From the human T2T-CHM13v2.0 reference genome, Homo sapiens, in the NCBI RefSeq assembly GCF_009914755.1, contig NC_060927.1: DNA of 64,000 bases; one strand, 5' to 3'. The position numbers and the translations under genes are program-made. The notes under the pieces are model-generated. The model was not told where the DNA came from. It saw only the letters and a list, made by a program, of their open reading frames with translations, and ran no database searches. Below are positions 59,729 through 64,000 of the stretch, in pieces. The number at the start of each line of letters is the position of its first letter. The stretch's first letter is position 1.

Positions 59729-60544
59729 TCTTAGTAAAGGCTGAAGTTGCTCTAGCTAGTCTGTGTCAACTTTTCTAGCATCACTGGCTGTTACCTTGAG
59801 CCCTGGATTCTCAAAACTTCTGTCTTCTTCTGTTGGTTTTCTCCTGGTCCTGGCAGGTGTATTGACTTTGTCCTTGATCTAAAATGTTTTAGGCCTAATT
59901 AGGCTAGGAAGAACGGCGTGCTCCATGTGGCCAATGCAGCTCAATTTTCCTGGCCTCTACTTTGAGTTTTGGTGACCATGCACTACCAGTACCATAATAC
60001 ACAACAAACTTTATCACTGTCACTCCAGACTGTCAACAGGAGCAGTGATATCTGACATTTTTGGGTCTTTGGACATAATACTATCACAACAGCACAAGCT
60101 CTCTGCTTCCACCCAACTCCACAGCCAAACCTATTGATGGTATACCAGAAACCTCCATGTCATACAGCCTTTTCCCACATGTCTCCTCTATCCCTGGACA
60201 GTTCTTTTCAGTCATCTTCAAGGGATGATCTCCTCATCTGTCTTTTACAATTGGCCATAACTTTGGTTCTATTCTCAGCCCTCTTCTAACCATACATATT
60301 CTTCCAGGTGAAGCCATCAGTGTCTACAGCTTCAGCTATTGCCCGTGTGCAGATGGTGCTTAATCTCTCTTGTGCCTTCCAGACCTGCATTCCAGCCACC
60401 TACCAAACCCCTTTCTGTGGATGCCAAGGTACCTCACATACCAATTGTAAACTCAGTGTGTCAGATTCTGTGTTGGGTGTTTATATGCATCATCTTATTT
60501 AAACATCACAATAGTCCTACAGCAGCTATGACTGGCCACATTTT

Positions 60545-60696
60545 AAAAAAAATTTTTATTTTACTTCATGTTCTGGGATACATGTGCAGAACGTGCAGGT
60601 TACATAGGTATACATGTGCCATGGTGGTTTGCTGCACCTATCAACCTGTCATCTACGTGTTAAGCCGGGCATGCATTAGGTATTTGTCCTAATGTA
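60545..60696 (-). mobile_element. 5'-truncated primate L1PA 3' end inserted in a MIR
   Basis: gatacatgtgcagaacgtgcaggtt...gtatacatgtgccatggtggtttgctgcacc; TSD gccacatttt at 60535-60544 and 60697-60706. Confidence 0.9.
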
Positions 60697-63134
60697 GCCA
60701 CATTTTTTTAATAGATGAAAAAAAATCTATTTGTCTGAAGTGGCACAATGGTAATTTGAAGAGTGAGGATTCAAATCCAGATCTGTTCAAGTAGAAATTA
60801 CATACTTGGACTTTTCGTTACAGCTTGCTTATCTCTCTGTAGCTTTGCCACAGCCTCTAGTCACAAAGGGCCAACTATTCTATGCTGTTACTATTTTAAT
60901 TAAACTAATCATTTCATTTTTAAGAGAAAACTTGGCTAACCCAAGAGGTTTCTATACCTCTCATCTTACTCTGATCTTTCCATTCATCCACCACGTTGCA
61001 GTTAGGGGAATTGATTTTAAAGGAGAATCTAAAGCATGTCACCTGTTACCCCTCCCACAACCCCAATCCTAGCTTGCAATAATCTTTAGTTTTTAAGATA
61101 AAGCTTAAAGACTTAGAAGTCTTTTGCAATGTAGCTCCTGACTACTTTCTACTCTTATCTCTTGCCACTTTCTCATATGACCTGAATGCTGGCCATTTGC
61201 AGTTTTGTTGAACAGCATCTCTCTGGCTTGGTCACACACAGTTTCCTGCGTACAGTGGCCCATGCACTGTGCTAACCACTTTCCTATAGATTATATCATT
61301 TAAGCCTCACAGCAATCCTGCTTGTAGATATGACTGTTCCTGTTTTAGAGATAAGGAAACTGAGACTCAGGGAGGTTCCATAACTTGCCCACAGTCATAA
61401 GACTGATAAGTGGTATTCTCAATGCATGCAAATACCATATTTATGTCCAAAATGGTATGTCTCTGTTTTGCTGCCCTTATGCCATTTAGCAGCTTACGCT
61501 GGAGTCTGGGAAACTGTAGGGCTATAGTGACTGACATGCAGTGATTCTTCGTGGTTTGTCATCTGTCCTCTTTGATGAGTCCAGAAACTTAATCATGTCA
61601 GACAAGGGAATTTATACACTCAGAAAATTACTAAACAATCTTTGCTGGATGTTTAGTCCATGAAATCCTCTTCTGCATATTGAGAAACAATATATAGTCT
61701 GATTTCAGCCTAAATTCAAGATTTGTTCCATTTAAGTTTTCAAGTAATGGGTTGTAGGGTCCAAAATTCCCAGACACGTTTTTACTATTCCAAGCCCTTT
61801 CTTGCATAGTATTTCCAGTGGATGGAACAGTGCTGATTAAAGACTGGAGTCCTAGCATAGTGTCTTTCACATAAGAACTCTGGGATAACGATCAAGGGTT
61901 TTATTCTGACTGATATTTCCCAAGAAGACCAAAGGCAAATCATAAAGTCTTCTTGTGCTTTGAGAGAATGAGATACTATTCAAAAAGAGCTCAGGATCCA
62001 CACCAAAAGAAAAATGCACATATACAAAAGTGAACAGAATAGTATTCGTAAGGCTGGAGATTGAAAGAAAAGTGAAAAATTTGAAATATACTTCAGACCA
62101 CTGTTATCATCATTGAAGTCTTCTATTTGCTAAGCCAACAGTGGAATGTCTGCTCTTTTTTATAAATGAACATTTGATTCAAAACCAACCTTAATGAATC
62201 TAATATAGTCTGATGTGGCTTGAATATCATGGCATAAAAAAATGCAAAAATATTTCAGTTTTGGTGTACCTTTAATTAGACAATTGGCTACATAATAATG
62301 ATGAGGTCTATTGCATGGTGTCTTTATAAACAATAAGATTGCTTGGGAAGGTATTTCCATTCATTTTGCACAGTGGAAAACTGAGGGGTGCTTTTCTTAC
62401 TGTACATAATTACAAAGGGAAAAGGTTAGTATTGAAATTTAGGCCCTCAAGTTACTATTCTAGAAATCACTTTTCCCACTTCCACGCTATGCTTTTCTAA
62501 GTGGAAAATTATTTTATTGTTTTTGAATTTCTGGGTGACTAATAATGTGTTTCAACACAAATTCTAAGATCACTTCAATGATTTATCTGTTTTTCCAAAG
62601 ATGTGCTTAATTTAATGTCACATTGTATATTTATTATAGTCAATATGTTTCCTTATATCTCTAGAAAAAAATGCTCTTCGATATTTTGTTTTTATAAATA
62701 TCATTTATGTTTTGCTTGAATTTCACATAGCAACTCATTTAATGTATTTTTTAATTTAATCATTAGATAAAGTAGATATGTTTCCCCTTAATGTGTTAAG
62801 ATAATTATTTCACTGTAATTCACAATGATCGACTTGATGTGAAAAGTTGAGTGGTTGTTTAAGTGGAATAATTTTGACATTTAACAGCTACAGTATACTT
62901 TCTTTATCCCAGAATAGCATGTCAGAGATTAATTTTAAAACAAATTTCCCTAATAATAGGAATAATGAATGAACAATTGAATCACCTGCATTTACTTTGC
63001 TTTTTCACCCTTAAGAACAACTAGTGCAAAATTTAGACTATGCCACAACTGATGTAGTTTCAAAAGATTTATTCTTTGTCAGTAAAGGCTCCAGTCCTAC
63101 ATTATACTTGAAAATGTTATAAAAATAATAAAAG

Positions 63135-63492
63135 GTAAAAAGTTCAAAGTACTGATACATGCTACATTGTGGGTGAATCTCAAAAACAGTATACTAAGAG
63201 AAAGATGCCAGTCATACAAGACCACGTATTGTAGCATTCCACTTTTGTTAAGCTTCAGAAAAGGCAAATCTACAGGGACTGAAAGAAAAATGGTTGCCAG
63301 AGGCTGGGCACAGGAATGGGGAGTAACTGTAAACGACTCAAAGTTTCTTTTGGGATGATGGAAATGTTCTAAAATAAGATCCTGATGATGGTTGCATGCC
63401 TCTGTAAATATACTAACAATCATTGAACTATACACTTAAAACAGGGGAATTTGATGGCATGTAAATTATATCTCAGTGAAGCTTTACAAAAA
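63135..63492 (+). mobile_element. L1MB-type 3' end
   Basis: gtactgatacatgctaca...ggttgccagaggctggg...gatgatggaaatgttctaaaa...tgtaaattatatctc. Confidence 0.8.
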
Positions 63493-64000
63493 TAGATGCA
63501 GGGCTACAAACAGCTTGAGTTAATTAAGACTGATTCTCAAAATAAAATAAAGTTTACATCATTTATGTATCAATACCATGTATGTTATTCTCCCAGATCT
63601 AATGGAGATACACTATAGAAGGAAGACCTGGCCCTGACTCTGAAATTTGCAATCAAACTAAAAATACCTATCAGCAAGCAGAAAACAGTATCCCACACAC
63701 TGAATACTTCAAGTGTTAAGTGAACATGGAGTAAAATGGAATCATTATTTTTGAAACAACGTAGGTTACATTCTTCATTATTCTTTCCTAAGACAAATGC
63801 CAGCCAGCCAATAGAATTTTCATCATCGCTTGGTTGTCAACAGAGTTACTGCTCATTGCAAGCCTAGACTCGAAGCTCTGCCAACATTTTCTGTTTGAAA
63901 AATCCTATGAAAAAAGGGGTGTGCATTTAACTTTTTATTCTCAGCATATAGTACAGTATTGGACACACAGAACACACTCAATTTAAAACATTGTCAGTAT

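Noticed and set aside
51879-64000. beta1-specific coding exon
   Set aside because: No TRbeta1 A/B-domain sequence seen; it must lie beyond the window.

Overview
Primate (human-like) genomic DNA holding the 3' part of THRB (thyroid hormone receptor beta, NR1A2) on the minus strand. The complete TRbeta2 coding sequence can be assembled from seven GT-AG exons: 51551-51878, 38904-39004, 33189-33336, 30015-30220, 19817-19963, 13986-14244 and 9367-9608. Together they give 1431 nt = 476 aa + TAG, and I saw no disrupting change. The beta1-specific exons lie upstream, outside the window. A ~5.7 kb 3'UTR ends near 3636 (AATAAA at 3651-3656; a second one at 4568-4573). By scanning splice sites I located a 137-nt cassette exon (22147-22283) that adds LIFIKDLSSRQGQ-stop after the hinge. 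It matches my recollection of the TRbeta4 exon. The same intron offers three further candidate routes to a receptor that keeps the DNA-binding domain (DBD) but lacks the ligand-binding domain (LBD). Other notable items: candidate OTX2/ONECUT and E-box enhancer modules around the beta2 exon; an ATG-dense beta2 leader; a ~188-codon stop-free intronic frame running into the last exon; a 44-bp near-identical direct repeat flanking the second zinc-finger exon; a three-armed Alu; and two micro-insertions with L1-type target-site duplications (TSDs). The rest is ordinary Alu/MIR/L2/L1/MLT/MER and microsatellite DNA. Repeat subfamily names and literature links come from pattern recognition and memory, not from database searches. 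I found no convincing wholly new gene or system; the novel items are hypotheses.
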